Made by a program: the position numbers and the translations under genes. A stretch of DNA of 64,000 nt from an uncultured Bacteroidia bacterium (GTDB taxonomy: Bacteria; Bacteroidota; Bacteroidia; JANWVE01): contig CALIZB010000003.1 of the NCBI GenBank assembly GCA_938028625.1, positions 12,103-76,102 of the forward strand, read 5' to 3'. Every line of letters begins with the position of its first letter. Position 1 is the first letter of the stretch. This document shows, in pieces, positions 49,177 through 58,600 of the stretch. Under the pieces are notes generated by a model that did no database searches, was not told where the DNA came from, and saw only the letters and a list, made by a program, of their open reading frames with translations.

Positions 49177-49355
49177 CACGGTCATTGAGTAGCCTGTAAG
49201 GCGTACCGAAATGACCGTATAGTATCCCAAAATGACCGTACATACAGCGGTGGCTTCGGTACGCTTCGCTACTCAGCCACCTTATGCAAATTAGTCATTG
49301 AGTGGTTCGGCAAGCTCACTAACCAAGCTCACTAATCGTAAGGCATGCCTAAGTG
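49177..49355. other. GC-enriched structured repeat island immediately 3' of the TPR-CHAT gene. Candidate ncRNA, terminator complex or small repeat element.
   Basis: cacggtcattgag...gaaatgaccgtatag...aaaatgaccgtacat gives inverted and direct copies of atgaccgt. The hairpin is ggtggct-N19-agccacc. A direct repeat gtcattgagt occurs twice, and the tandem caagctcactaa occurs twice. aaggcatgc is shared with the island at 29441. Confidence 0.35.
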
Positions 49356-49426
49356 AATATGTGCATATCTTAAACATAAATCAGTAAAAGTCTATGCAGT
49401 AATTCTATATTTCTTACTTTTTACTG

Positions 49427-49434
49427 TATTTTTG
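49427..49434 (+). promoter_or_regulatory. TAnnTTTG -7 box (tatttttg) for plsC.
   Basis: The motif ends 7 nt before ATG 49442. Confidence 0.3.
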
Positions 49435-49441
49435 TGGCATA

Positions 49442-50173
49442 ATGAAATTATTAAAAAAACTTTGGGCAATTTGGTATGTATTCATTTTTTTGTTTATTTT
49501 TTTTACCTTGATTTTTCCCTTTCAAGCACTGTTTATTCAAAGAAAGAAGTGGCATCCGTATGCAAATTTTATGAATAGTATATGGGCATTTATTGTATGC
49601 CCATTAGCAGGACACTGGATATTTGTTAAGAACAAAAAAAATTTCAAAAAAAGCAAGCGCCCTTACCTTATAGTAGCTAATCATAGCTCATACATAGATA
49701 TTCCCATTCTTATGTGGAGCATTCCCTTTGATGCACGATACATAGGTAAAGCTGAACTCAGTAAAGTTCCTGCTTTCGGATATATGTTTCGCAAATTACA
49801 TATTCCTGTCAATAGAAGTAGTAAAATAGACAGTTATCGTGCTTTCAAAAAAGCAAGCGAATTTTTAGAAAAAGGTACTTCCGTAGTTATCTTCCCCGAA
49901 GGTACTATTCCTGACACTCCCAATCAATTAGGAGAATTTAAAAATGGTGTTTTTGCATTAGCAATACAACACAAAGTACCTATTCTGCCCATTAGTATTA
50001 AAGGTAGTCGTTATGCGTTTGAAGACCCCACAATATTCCGTGCTATGCCGAGAAAAATTACTGTAATTATACATGAACCTGTCATAATTACTAATCAAAC
50101 AGAACAAGAACTTAAATCACAAGTTTACCAACTTTTATCTAAAACAGTATTTGAACATGAATGTAAAACCTAA
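49442..50173 (+). CDS. plsC: 1-acyl-sn-glycerol-3-phosphate acyltransferase.
   Basis: The HX4D motif is VANHSSYIDIPIL and the FPEGT motif is present. There is an N-terminal TM helix. Confidence 0.85.
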   Translation: MKLLKKLWAIWYVFIFLFIFFTLIFPFQALFIQRKKWHPYANFMNSIWAFIVCPLAGHWIFVKNKKNFKKSKRPYLIVANHSSYIDIPILMWSIPFDARYIGKAELSKVPAFGYMFRKLHIPVNRSSKIDSYRAFKKASEFLEKGTSVVIFPEGTIPDTPNQLGEFKNGVFALAIQHKVPILPISIKGSRYAFEDPTIFRAMPRKITVIIHEPVIITNQTEQELKSQVYQLLSKTVFEHECKT

Positions 50174-50921
50174 AAAGCATCTTGGACAGCACTTTTTACG
50201 AGATTTATCCATAGCTAAACGCATAGCAGACACACTTACATATACGCATCTACCCGTGTTAGAAATAGGCGCAGGTACAGGAATATTAACACAATTCTTA
50301 ATAGAAAAAAACCTCTCTTTGCATGTTGTAGAAATAGATACAGAGTCTATTCAATACCTTAAAAAAAACTTTTCTGAAAATAGTTTTACTTTGTACGAAC
50401 AGGACTTTTTAAACTTAAATCTCAACTCTCTTCCCTCACCTATAACATGGATAGGAAACCTGCCGTACAATATCAGTTCGCAGATATTTTTTAAATTATG
50501 GGAAAACTATGAGCAAGTTCCCGAAGCGGTTTTTATGGTACAAAAAGAAGTAGCCCTCCGTATAGCGGGCAAGCCTAATTCCAAAGAATATGGTATTTTA
50601 AGTGTGTTGTTACAATTAGATTATGATATTTGTTATCAATTTACTGTACCTCCGCATGTATTTAATCCGCCACCAAAAGTACAATCAGGCGTTATTCACT
50701 TGATAAAAAAAGAAAATGTACCTACATATGACCGAAAAAAACTGTTACAATTGGTAAAAACCGCTTTTAATCAAAGGCGGAAAACCCTTAAAAACAGCAT
50801 AAAACCTTTGTTTAATGGTGAAATTGATATTACAGTACAGAACAGAAACATATTGGAATGCCGTGCAGAACAGTTATCCGCCAAAGAGTTTTTATTATTA
50901 CTTGATGCCATACAAAAATGA
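50151..50921 (+). CDS. rsmA: 16S rRNA (adenine1518/1519-N6)-dimethyltransferase.
   Basis: KKHLGQHFL and the SAM motif LEIGAGTGILT. The catalytic motif is NLPYNISS. Confidence 0.9.
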   Translation: MNMNVKPKKHLGQHFLRDLSIAKRIADTLTYTHLPVLEIGAGTGILTQFLIEKNLSLHVVEIDTESIQYLKKNFSENSFTLYEQDFLNLNLNSLPSPITWIGNLPYNISSQIFFKLWENYEQVPEAVFMVQKEVALRIAGKPNSKEYGILSVLLQLDYDICYQFTVPPHVFNPPPKVQSGVIHLIKKENVPTYDRKKLLQLVKTAFNQRRKTLKNSIKPLFNGEIDITVQNRNILECRAEQLSAKEFLLLLDAIQK

Positions 50922-50958
50922 GCATGAATTTTGAGAGAAAAATAGTACTTTTGCATCA

Positions 50959-52452
50959 ATGAAATATTTTAGCGTATTCATATTTTTAACTTTGTATCTG
51001 ACTTCACAAGCACAGCAACTGCATTCTATTGGTAATCCTGTGAATAGTATGCACACAGAATATGCCCCTGCCATCAGTCCTGATGATAAAACTATTATTT
51101 TTCAAAGTAGCAGACAGGGCGGTGTGTATAAACTGTATGAGTCTAAATATGACGAAAAAACAAAAAAATGGTCAGAACCGAAGTATCTTTCTAATATCAA
51201 TAATTTTTTTGAGAGTAAAACTTATATATTCGGACCTTGTCTGAGTTATGATGGCAATTATCTCTATTTCTGCACAGATGAAAAAGGTATGGGTGCTATG
51301 GATATATGGGTTTCCCGCAGAAAAGGTAAAGAATGGACAACCCCTTCTAATCTCGGCTATCCCATCAATACAGATGGCTACGATGGTTTTCCTGCTGTAT
51401 CTGCTGACGGCAAGGCACTATATTTTATGCGAGATAATAAAAACAATACTAATCGTACTAATTCAGGGTTAGAATGCTATGATTTATATGTATCCTACAA
51501 ACAACCTAATGGCGCCTGGGGCGAACCCGAAAAACTTCCTGCACCTGTCAATATGGGCTGTGAACGCATTCCCCGCATTATGCCTGATGGAAAAACATTG
51601 TATTTCTCTTCATATAGACCAGGGGGAAAAGGTGATTTAGATATTTACAAGTCTGTTCTCGGTCCTGATGGCAAGTGGAGTAACCCGCAACCGCTTAATT
51701 TTATGAACACAAATACGGCAGATAATACAGGTTCTATTAACGGTGCATGCGATAGAATGTATATTGCGTCTAAACAAATGAATAACTGGGACATTTTTTA
51801 TGTAGATATACCTCCCGAGTATCGTCCTGCTACAACAAATATCGTAGTAGAAGGTACAATTACTGATACCACTACCCAAAAACCCATTGCCGCAAAAATT
51901 CAGGTAGCAGATTTAGAAACCAAAGAAATACTTATAGAACAAGAAAATAACAGTTATGATGGTACTTATATGGTAGTTGTTCCCACAGGTAAAGACTATG
52001 AAATTACCGTTTCTGCCAAAGGATACTTTTTTAATTCTATGGAAATCAATGCCAAAGAAATAACTACTTACAAAGAGATAGATAAAGATATTAAATTAGA
52101 AAAACTAAAAAAAGATAAATCCATTCCTTTGAAAAATATCTACTTTGATTTTGACTCCTACAAACTAAAACCTGAGTCTTATATTGAATTGGATAAAGTA
52201 GTCCGTCTTATGCAAGAAAACCCCGAAATTAGCATTGAACTCAGCGCACACACAGATGACAGGGGCAAAGATGACTATAACATGACCCTCTCTAATAACC
52301 GTGCAAAATCTGCCGCAGAATATATTTTTAGCAAAGGGATAGACAAAACCCGCATTGTATCCAAGGGGTACGGAGAAACAAAACCTCTTGTACCTAACTC
52401 TACTGATGAAAACCGAGCAATAAACCGAAGAGTTGAATTCAAAATACTGTAA
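50959..52452 (+). CDS. OmpA-family outer-membrane protein with N-terminal PD40/TolB-like repeats and a carboxypeptidase-regulatory-like domain.
   Basis: It has a signal peptide and PD40-like repeats (SPDDKTIIFQSSRQGG, SADGKALYFMRD, MPDGKTLYFSSYRPGG). The OmpA C-terminus is NRAKSAAEY...NRRVEFKIL. Confidence 0.8.
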   Translation: MKYFSVFIFLTLYLTSQAQQLHSIGNPVNSMHTEYAPAISPDDKTIIFQSSRQGGVYKLYESKYDEKTKKWSEPKYLSNINNFFESKTYIFGPCLSYDGNYLYFCTDEKGMGAMDIWVSRRKGKEWTTPSNLGYPINTDGYDGFPAVSADGKALYFMRDNKNNTNRTNSGLECYDLYVSYKQPNGAWGEPEKLPAPVNMGCERIPRIMPDGKTLYFSSYRPGGKGDLDIYKSVLGPDGKWSNPQPLNFMNTNTADNTGSINGACDRMYIASKQMNNWDIFYVDIPPEYRPATTNIVVEGTITDTTTQKPIAAKIQVADLETKEILIEQENNSYDGTYMVVVPTGKDYEITVSAKGYFFNSMEINAKEITTYKEIDKDIKLEKLKKDKSIPLKNIYFDFDSYKLKPESYIELDKVVRLMQENPEISIELSAHTDDRGKDDYNMTLSNNRAKSAAEYIFSKGIDKTRIVSKGYGETKPLVPNSTDENRAINRRVEFKIL

Positions 52453-52469
52453 AAAACCTATTTCCCATT

Positions 52470-54278
52470 ATGAAAACTAGTCTTAAAGTTTTATTTTTTC
52501 TTTTTGTAATCATAACAGGGCTTACGTCCTGCAACAAGGCTAAAAAAATACAAAAAGGAGAATATCAGACCACACAGACAGAACCTTCCTTCGGGGATTG
52601 GGTAATTATGGGAATTATCACTGAACCCGACAACTTAAACCCTTTTATGGGTATTTCTGCCTATTCTATGTACATATACCCGCTTTTGTATCAATCCTTA
52701 ACAGTTATAGATAATATATCTACCAAAGAAAAACCTTTAATTGCTGAAAATTTGCCCTTAGTTTCCGAAGATGGACTACGCTACACTTATCAAATACGCT
52801 CCGATGCAACTTGGGATAATGGAAGTCCCATATTAGCCGAAGATATTGCATTTACTCTAAAAATAATACTCCATCCGTACACAAATACAGCCGTAATAAA
52901 ACCATATTATAATAATATCAACAACATAGAACTATACCCTGATAATCCGAGAAAAATTACATTTATTCTTAAAGAAAAGTACATACTTTCATCTTATAGT
53001 ATAGGCTCTATGTCTATACTGCCGCGATATATCTATGACAAAGAAAACCTAATGGAAAAGTTCAGTTTGCAGGAAGTAATCAATGGAAAAGAAACACTCA
53101 AAAACAACTCTGATTTTATGAAATTTGCTGAAAGTTTTAATGCCCCTTCACGTTTGAGAGATCCCGAGTATTTAAGAGGTTCAGGAGCATATTTGTTAGA
53201 AAAATGGGAAACACAACAGCAATTAGTACTTAAAAGAAAAACTCACTGGTGGGGATATAAGCACAGTAAAGAATTATCTGCATTTGAAGCCTATCCTGAT
53301 AAAATTATCTACAAAATTACGAATACAGTTAATACAGCTATTACTGAAATGAAAGCAGGTAATATTGATGCGGTATTTGGTATTCCCCCTAAGGATTTTG
53401 AGGAAGTAAAAGAAAATGATATTATGAAGCGCCATTTTAATTTTTATACCAATACACAGTATGCTTTTATGTATATTGGATTAAACAATTTGCCTAAAAG
53501 CAATACCAACCCTGCACTGGGGGACATAAAAGTACGCCGTGCCTTAGCTTATCTTACTGATGTAGACAAAATCCTGGATAAAATTTATTATGGGTATGGA
53601 ACACGCATAGCCAATATCGGGCTGACCAACAACAAAGAAATGTACAATCCTGAATTTAAACCTGTTCCATACAGTTTTGAAAAAGCACAGCAACTTTTAG
53701 ATGAAGCCGGTTGGAAAGACACCAACAATGACGGTATCAGGGATAAAGTAATTAACGGAAAAAAGTATGATTTGAACTTGGATTTCATTACCGTAGCAGG
53801 TAGTGTTACTACACAAAATATGGCTTTAATGATACAACAAAGCGCTAAACCCGCAGGGGTAAAAATAAATTTAATCAGTCAAGAAGGTAATGTATTTATT
53901 CAGCGGTTAAGAAACCGTGATTTTGATATGTATATCTCTGCATGGAGCGTACCTCCTACACCTTTTGATGCACATCAGATTTTTCATTCTAAAAGCATTG
54001 ATGTAAGCAGTAATTTTGTGGGATTTAGCAATTCCGAAGCGGATAAACTCATAGAGCAAATTCGTGTAGAACTTGACCCTGAGAAACGTAAAAAACTTTA
54101 TTACGAATTACAAAAAATTATTTATGAACAACAACCCTACATATTTTTATGGCAACCCAAAGAAAGAATAATTATTCATAAACGTTATCAAAATCAGGTA
54201 GTGTTTGATAATAACCCAGGTATTGCCCCCAATATGTTTTGGACTCCCAAAGAATATGTTAAGTACAAAGAGAAGTAG
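52470..54278 (+). CDS. ABC transporter substrate-binding lipoprotein, family 5 (oligopeptide/nickel type).
   Basis: The lipobox is LTSCNK. At 602 aa it fits the SBP_bac_5 size and topology. There is no adjacent permease or ATPase in the window. Confidence 0.6.
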   Translation: MKTSLKVLFFLFVIITGLTSCNKAKKIQKGEYQTTQTEPSFGDWVIMGIITEPDNLNPFMGISAYSMYIYPLLYQSLTVIDNISTKEKPLIAENLPLVSEDGLRYTYQIRSDATWDNGSPILAEDIAFTLKIILHPYTNTAVIKPYYNNINNIELYPDNPRKITFILKEKYILSSYSIGSMSILPRYIYDKENLMEKFSLQEVINGKETLKNNSDFMKFAESFNAPSRLRDPEYLRGSGAYLLEKWETQQQLVLKRKTHWWGYKHSKELSAFEAYPDKIIYKITNTVNTAITEMKAGNIDAVFGIPPKDFEEVKENDIMKRHFNFYTNTQYAFMYIGLNNLPKSNTNPALGDIKVRRALAYLTDVDKILDKIYYGYGTRIANIGLTNNKEMYNPEFKPVPYSFEKAQQLLDEAGWKDTNNDGIRDKVINGKKYDLNLDFITVAGSVTTQNMALMIQQSAKPAGVKINLISQEGNVFIQRLRNRDFDMYISAWSVPPTPFDAHQIFHSKSIDVSSNFVGFSNSEADKLIEQIRVELDPEKRKKLYYELQKIIYEQQPYIFLWQPKERIIIHKRYQNQVVFDNNPGIAPNMFWTPKEYVKYKEK

Positions 54279-54400
54279 GAAACAAAAATAGGTTCTACAT
54301 AATTTTACATGCAATTTTTTCCGAATAAGAATAATATTCTGCGTGCAAAGTTGTGTTTATCGGTATGCGTTTAAACATTTATATTTTGAGATATATGCCT

Positions 54401-55048
54401 TTACAAACAGCGACATTTAGATTTCAATACACTTACTTTTTGCCGAAGCTGTTTTTTATCTGGAAATATCCCATAAAACTTAGAAGCCTTTAAATACTCT
54501 TCCTTTATCAATTTTAGACCTTGTTTTTTAGGGTAAGTCTTATATGCTATGTATTCTTTGATAATAGTTTCATAGTCAGATAAAAGTAACCCCTGAATAT
54601 CTAACAAAAAAATCAAAAACAGTGAAGTCGCAAAGTTTATATGCTGATAATTCTCTTTCAAAGCATGGATACATTTTTTATCATCTGTACAAAAAACAAA
54701 GTACTTACCTTCCTTCTCCATTCTTTTACTGATTTGTGCAATAGCATCTGCTTCTCCAATATCTACATTTTTAATAGTTTTTAGCTGACAAAATATAAGT
54801 TCATCTCGGGTATTGCATAAACTGATAGAATATCTTTTTTGTTCTATCCACTCGATATATTGTTGAGTACGTTCCTTAAAGTGTTCTTCATGGAGATTAA
54901 ATGTATTCAATTCTGTAAAGATACATTCAGGAATAACTATCTGACCAGATATCAGTTGCAGTTTTTGTATCAGGTCTATAGAAGATATTCTTGCCGCAAT
55001 ATTAAAAACAGTATTATCCAATACAAGCACTATATCTTGTTTTTGCAT
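54401..55048 (-). CDS. PIN-domain protein (predicted RNase) with a roughly 80-aa C-terminal extension.
   Basis: The four PIN acidic positions are D11 in VLVLDNTVF, E in IPECIFTEL, D in DIGEADAIAQ and D in FVFCTDDKK. The start codon overlaps the stop of the upstream TIR-like gene (55048). Confidence 0.6.
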   Translation of the reverse strand: MQKQDIVLVLDNTVFNIAARISSIDLIQKLQLISGQIVIPECIFTELNTFNLHEEHFKERTQQYIEWIEQKRYSISLCNTRDELIFCQLKTIKNVDIGEADAIAQISKRMEKEGKYFVFCTDDKKCIHALKENYQHINFATSLFLIFLLDIQGLLLSDYETIIKEYIAYKTYPKKQGLKLIKEEYLKASKFYGIFPDKKQLRQKVSVLKSKCRCL

Positions 55049-55632
55049 TATTTTTTATCTGACAGCAAAGATGCGAGCACTACCAAACCTACACCTATAC
55101 CCAAAATAGCCAGAATTCCATTTAACATATCTTTTTCCTCTTCTTTACGTTTGAGTTCCTGTTTCTGTTTGTTTTTACGTGCCTCTTCAATAGCTTTATC
55201 CCATTTTTCAAATTCTTTGCTGAATACCTGCTGTATAATTCTTTCAAGAATTTTTTCTGTATTTTCTTGGTGTGGATTACAGTAAATTTCTGTAAAATGT
55301 TCTGTCATTGAACCTGTAAGGTTTTTCTGAGTACTGTAAACCACTATAATTCTGCTTTTATCCAGCAATTTTTGATAAGCAAACTCTATCTCTTCTTTGA
55401 CCACATTGCTTAGTTTATCAGTGAGGGCGAACATAATGACGTAATCAGCCTGTAAAATTCTGTTTTTTGTGTTTTGTGAAATATGTGCAATAGAGTCATA
55501 ACGGTCAGGCAGATAGGCAGTAAAGCCATTTGTTACTGCTATACTGTGAAGGCGGAGGGCAAGGGTCTGTTCATCAGGATTTTTAGGGTTATAGGTAATA
55601 AAAAGCGTTTTGTTCATGGTGCAAAAAGACAC
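55048..55632 (-). CDS. TIR-like (DUF1863/MTH538-type; alternatively nucleoside 2-deoxyribosyltransferase-like) Rossmannoid domain protein with a C-terminal transmembrane anchor.
   Basis: The TIR-like N-terminal strand is LFITYNPKNPDEQTLALRLHSIAVTNGFTAYLPD. The conserved S..V..EIE.A motif (SNVVKEEIEFAYQ) supplies a candidate catalytic Glu. A coiled, charged linker follows. The C-terminal TM helix is ILAILGIGVGLVVLASLL. It starts 5 nt after the PorU-like stop. Confidence 0.5.
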   Translation of the reverse strand: MSFCTMNKTLFITYNPKNPDEQTLALRLHSIAVTNGFTAYLPDRYDSIAHISQNTKNRILQADYVIMFALTDKLSNVVKEEIEFAYQKLLDKSRIIVVYSTQKNLTGSMTEHFTEIYCNPHQENTEKILERIIQQVFSKEFEKWDKAIEEARKNKQKQELKRKEEEKDMLNGILAILGIGVGLVVLASLLSDKK

Positions 55633-55636
55633 TATT

Positions 55637-58600
55637 CTAACGTATAATTACTAATTTTTGATATTGAGAAACAGGCTTTTTGTCTTTACTTGTACGAATT
55701 TGCAGTTTATAGATATAAGTACCTCTGCCAATTCTATCCCCAAAATCATCTAAACCGTCCCATTGAATACTACGTACCTGTGTACCTTCTGAAATTACAT
55801 CTTGCTGAATGGTTTTTATGAGGCGTCCTGAAATAGTGTAAATTTGTACAGTAACTTCTAAAAGCTCACCTGGTCTGTTGTGTTCAAACCAAAATTCTGT
55901 ATGTGTAGAGAAAGGATTAGGATAATTTAACACATTAGCCAAAGCTAATTCAGCGCTTTTAGCAACAATAAATTCGGTAACGGCTTCATTAGAATTATTG
56001 AATACGTCCCATGCTTTTACTCTCATTGAATATCTGCCTTCATTGAGTTTTTCCATTTGATAATTTACTTTTCCACTCTGATAACTATTGAGTTCATAAG
56101 TAAAGTACTCGTTCAATATACGATTATCTTTGGAATTTTCATTTAATCTTCCTGTAATGTCGTGTCCTACACTTGTGCCTACGGTATTGATGCCATTTTC
56201 ATCATAAATTTTGGCAATAAGAATAGGTGTATCATCTACTATGCCTCCACGAATAAAATTTTCATCATTCATAAAAAGTTCAATTTTAGGTCCTTGATTA
56301 TCCACAGGCGGATTTGGATTTACTCCACCTACCACAATATCTATATTATATCCCCCACCATCTTGTTTAACTTGTCCATTTTCAAAATAAAGGGATATTT
56401 TTCCTTTGCCAAAAGTGTAATCAATATCTTTGGGAACAACAAATTCAAAGGCAAATTTTCCTGCATTTACAGAGGCTTTGCCCTGAAAAATAATATTTTT
56501 GTAAGACTTGTACGTACGGGGTTCTACTATGGTAGTCTGTGTGGCAGGTTTGTCAAAAACAGTAGAATACAGTGTACCGTTATAGTTCGTATTCAGACTA
56601 CCGTCGTTGTTGCGTACCTCTCCTTCAATACGGATTTTAGTAAGAGCTCTGAGGGTATCTAAGGTAACTGCGGTATTTAAACCTGTAACTTTGAGTACAG
56701 AGGCTTTTTTTTCAGGGTAGTTTAACTTCATAGCAGGGTCACCGAGTAAAGCAAAAGCCGTAGAATTTAGCCCTGACAAGTTCATACTATTCATATAGAT
56801 TTCACCTATGGTATAATGGCTACCGTTGCTCATCGTATCAAAAACAGATTTAGCGAAATTTTTATTTAATATTTCGTTAGCACTGGCGTACACCAGTCGT
56901 GTAGTTGTAAATAAAGCAATAGCCCCACCATCAGATTTTTTGAATACCTCTATGCCAATAGAAGTTTTTTCAGGGTCATCAAAACGCCCAAATTCGCAAG
57001 TAGCCGTAACCATAAGTGGCATTTTTACAGGATTTGTAAAAGCACTGAGGTCTGGCATATTGAACAGGCGTTCATGTCCTATACCTTCTTCATTACCGTG
57101 TCCTGCATAATTTAATATAAGTGTACCTTGCGTAAAAGCTTCTATTACTTTTTGTTTTACGTCAGGTCTGCGCTTACCTACCGCAGTAGATACCACAGGA
57201 TAGGAATCGCTATACAGTTTATTTACATTGTATTGTGGATAGTTAGTTTCTATAATATCTGTAACAGCTTCCATCTGATTAAAATGGGCAATTTCAGGTG
57301 GACTTACTAAGCCTTCATAATACATATCGTCTGCAAGTAAAGTAACGGTATTTCTCCATTTTCCTAAACCTTCTGGATTAGTCTTATAGCGGATTACTTT
57401 ATCTACCATACCATTGGCTTCAGAAAGGTTGCGTGCAGGAAATCTGCCAACACCTATATCCATTTCATCAACGATACTGCTTTCTAATTTACCATCAACA
57501 TCATCTAATGCTCCTATAAACTGGTCAAAACCAATGGAATATACAGGACTGAGCGAATTTGAGCTTTGGTAAGTAGGAATCATACAACCATTTATCTTGG
57601 GACTATAGCCTGCTGCACCCATAATGAGTACATTTTTAGGTATTATCACTCCCCTATCGTAGTGCATTTTAAGAAAATCACGTATAGCTACTACATCGGC
57701 TTTTCCTGATGCAAATTCTGTATAAATCTGACGCACAGGTACTACGGCAACGGTCATATTATCATACTCTCTGTGAAACTGGGCTAATCGCTCTGCGGCA
57801 GGTATCAGGCTTTCATGAGTAATAATAAAAAACTCTGCGCTGTTCATACCATGTAAATTTTGATTAGCTACTTTACCTAATAACATAGGACTTTGTGTGC
57901 CATTACTATTAAATCCTACAATCCATTTGCGGTTAGAAGCATCTACCTTGAATTGTGCAGTAGTACCTGAAAGCGTGTAAGGAATAGATTGTATATTAAA
58001 AATATCGGTTACGTCCCAAAAAGTAGCATCAGTAGCATTTTCTACGGTATATTGATGAATGTTACCTGATGCAATATTACTTAACTGTGTCATCAAGACA
58101 TAATTTTCGTTGAGATTAGCATTTTTAATATAATTGATGCGGATAAAGTTCGTCCATACATCACAAGCGCCGTTTTTTGCAAAATTAACAGTATATTGTA
58201 ATTCAGGTGTAGTAACGGTATTACTGTTTATAGTAAGTGTAGCATTGAATATACTAGCATAGTCCGCTACATAGCTCGGATTGTACGGGGTAAGGTTGCG
58301 TATTACGTTGTTGCTTCCTGCAGAGAATGTCATTGTTCCCCCACCTCCGCGATATGCCATTTCAATATAAGCAGTAAGGTTAGTATTAGGTGCAAGGTTA
58401 GTAGTATTAAGCATGTAAGAGTAAGAATTTTGTCCTACAAAGTTTTCACCAAACATGGTTTTACCTGATTTTATCAGGCTGTACTGGTCTTTTTCAAAAA
58501 AGGTATAGGCATTATAGGTGCTGAATGTATGCGTAGCAGGGGCAGTAATAGCTGTGGTTGTAGGAATACGCAATCCATTTCCAGGAATATCTGCCGTAAT

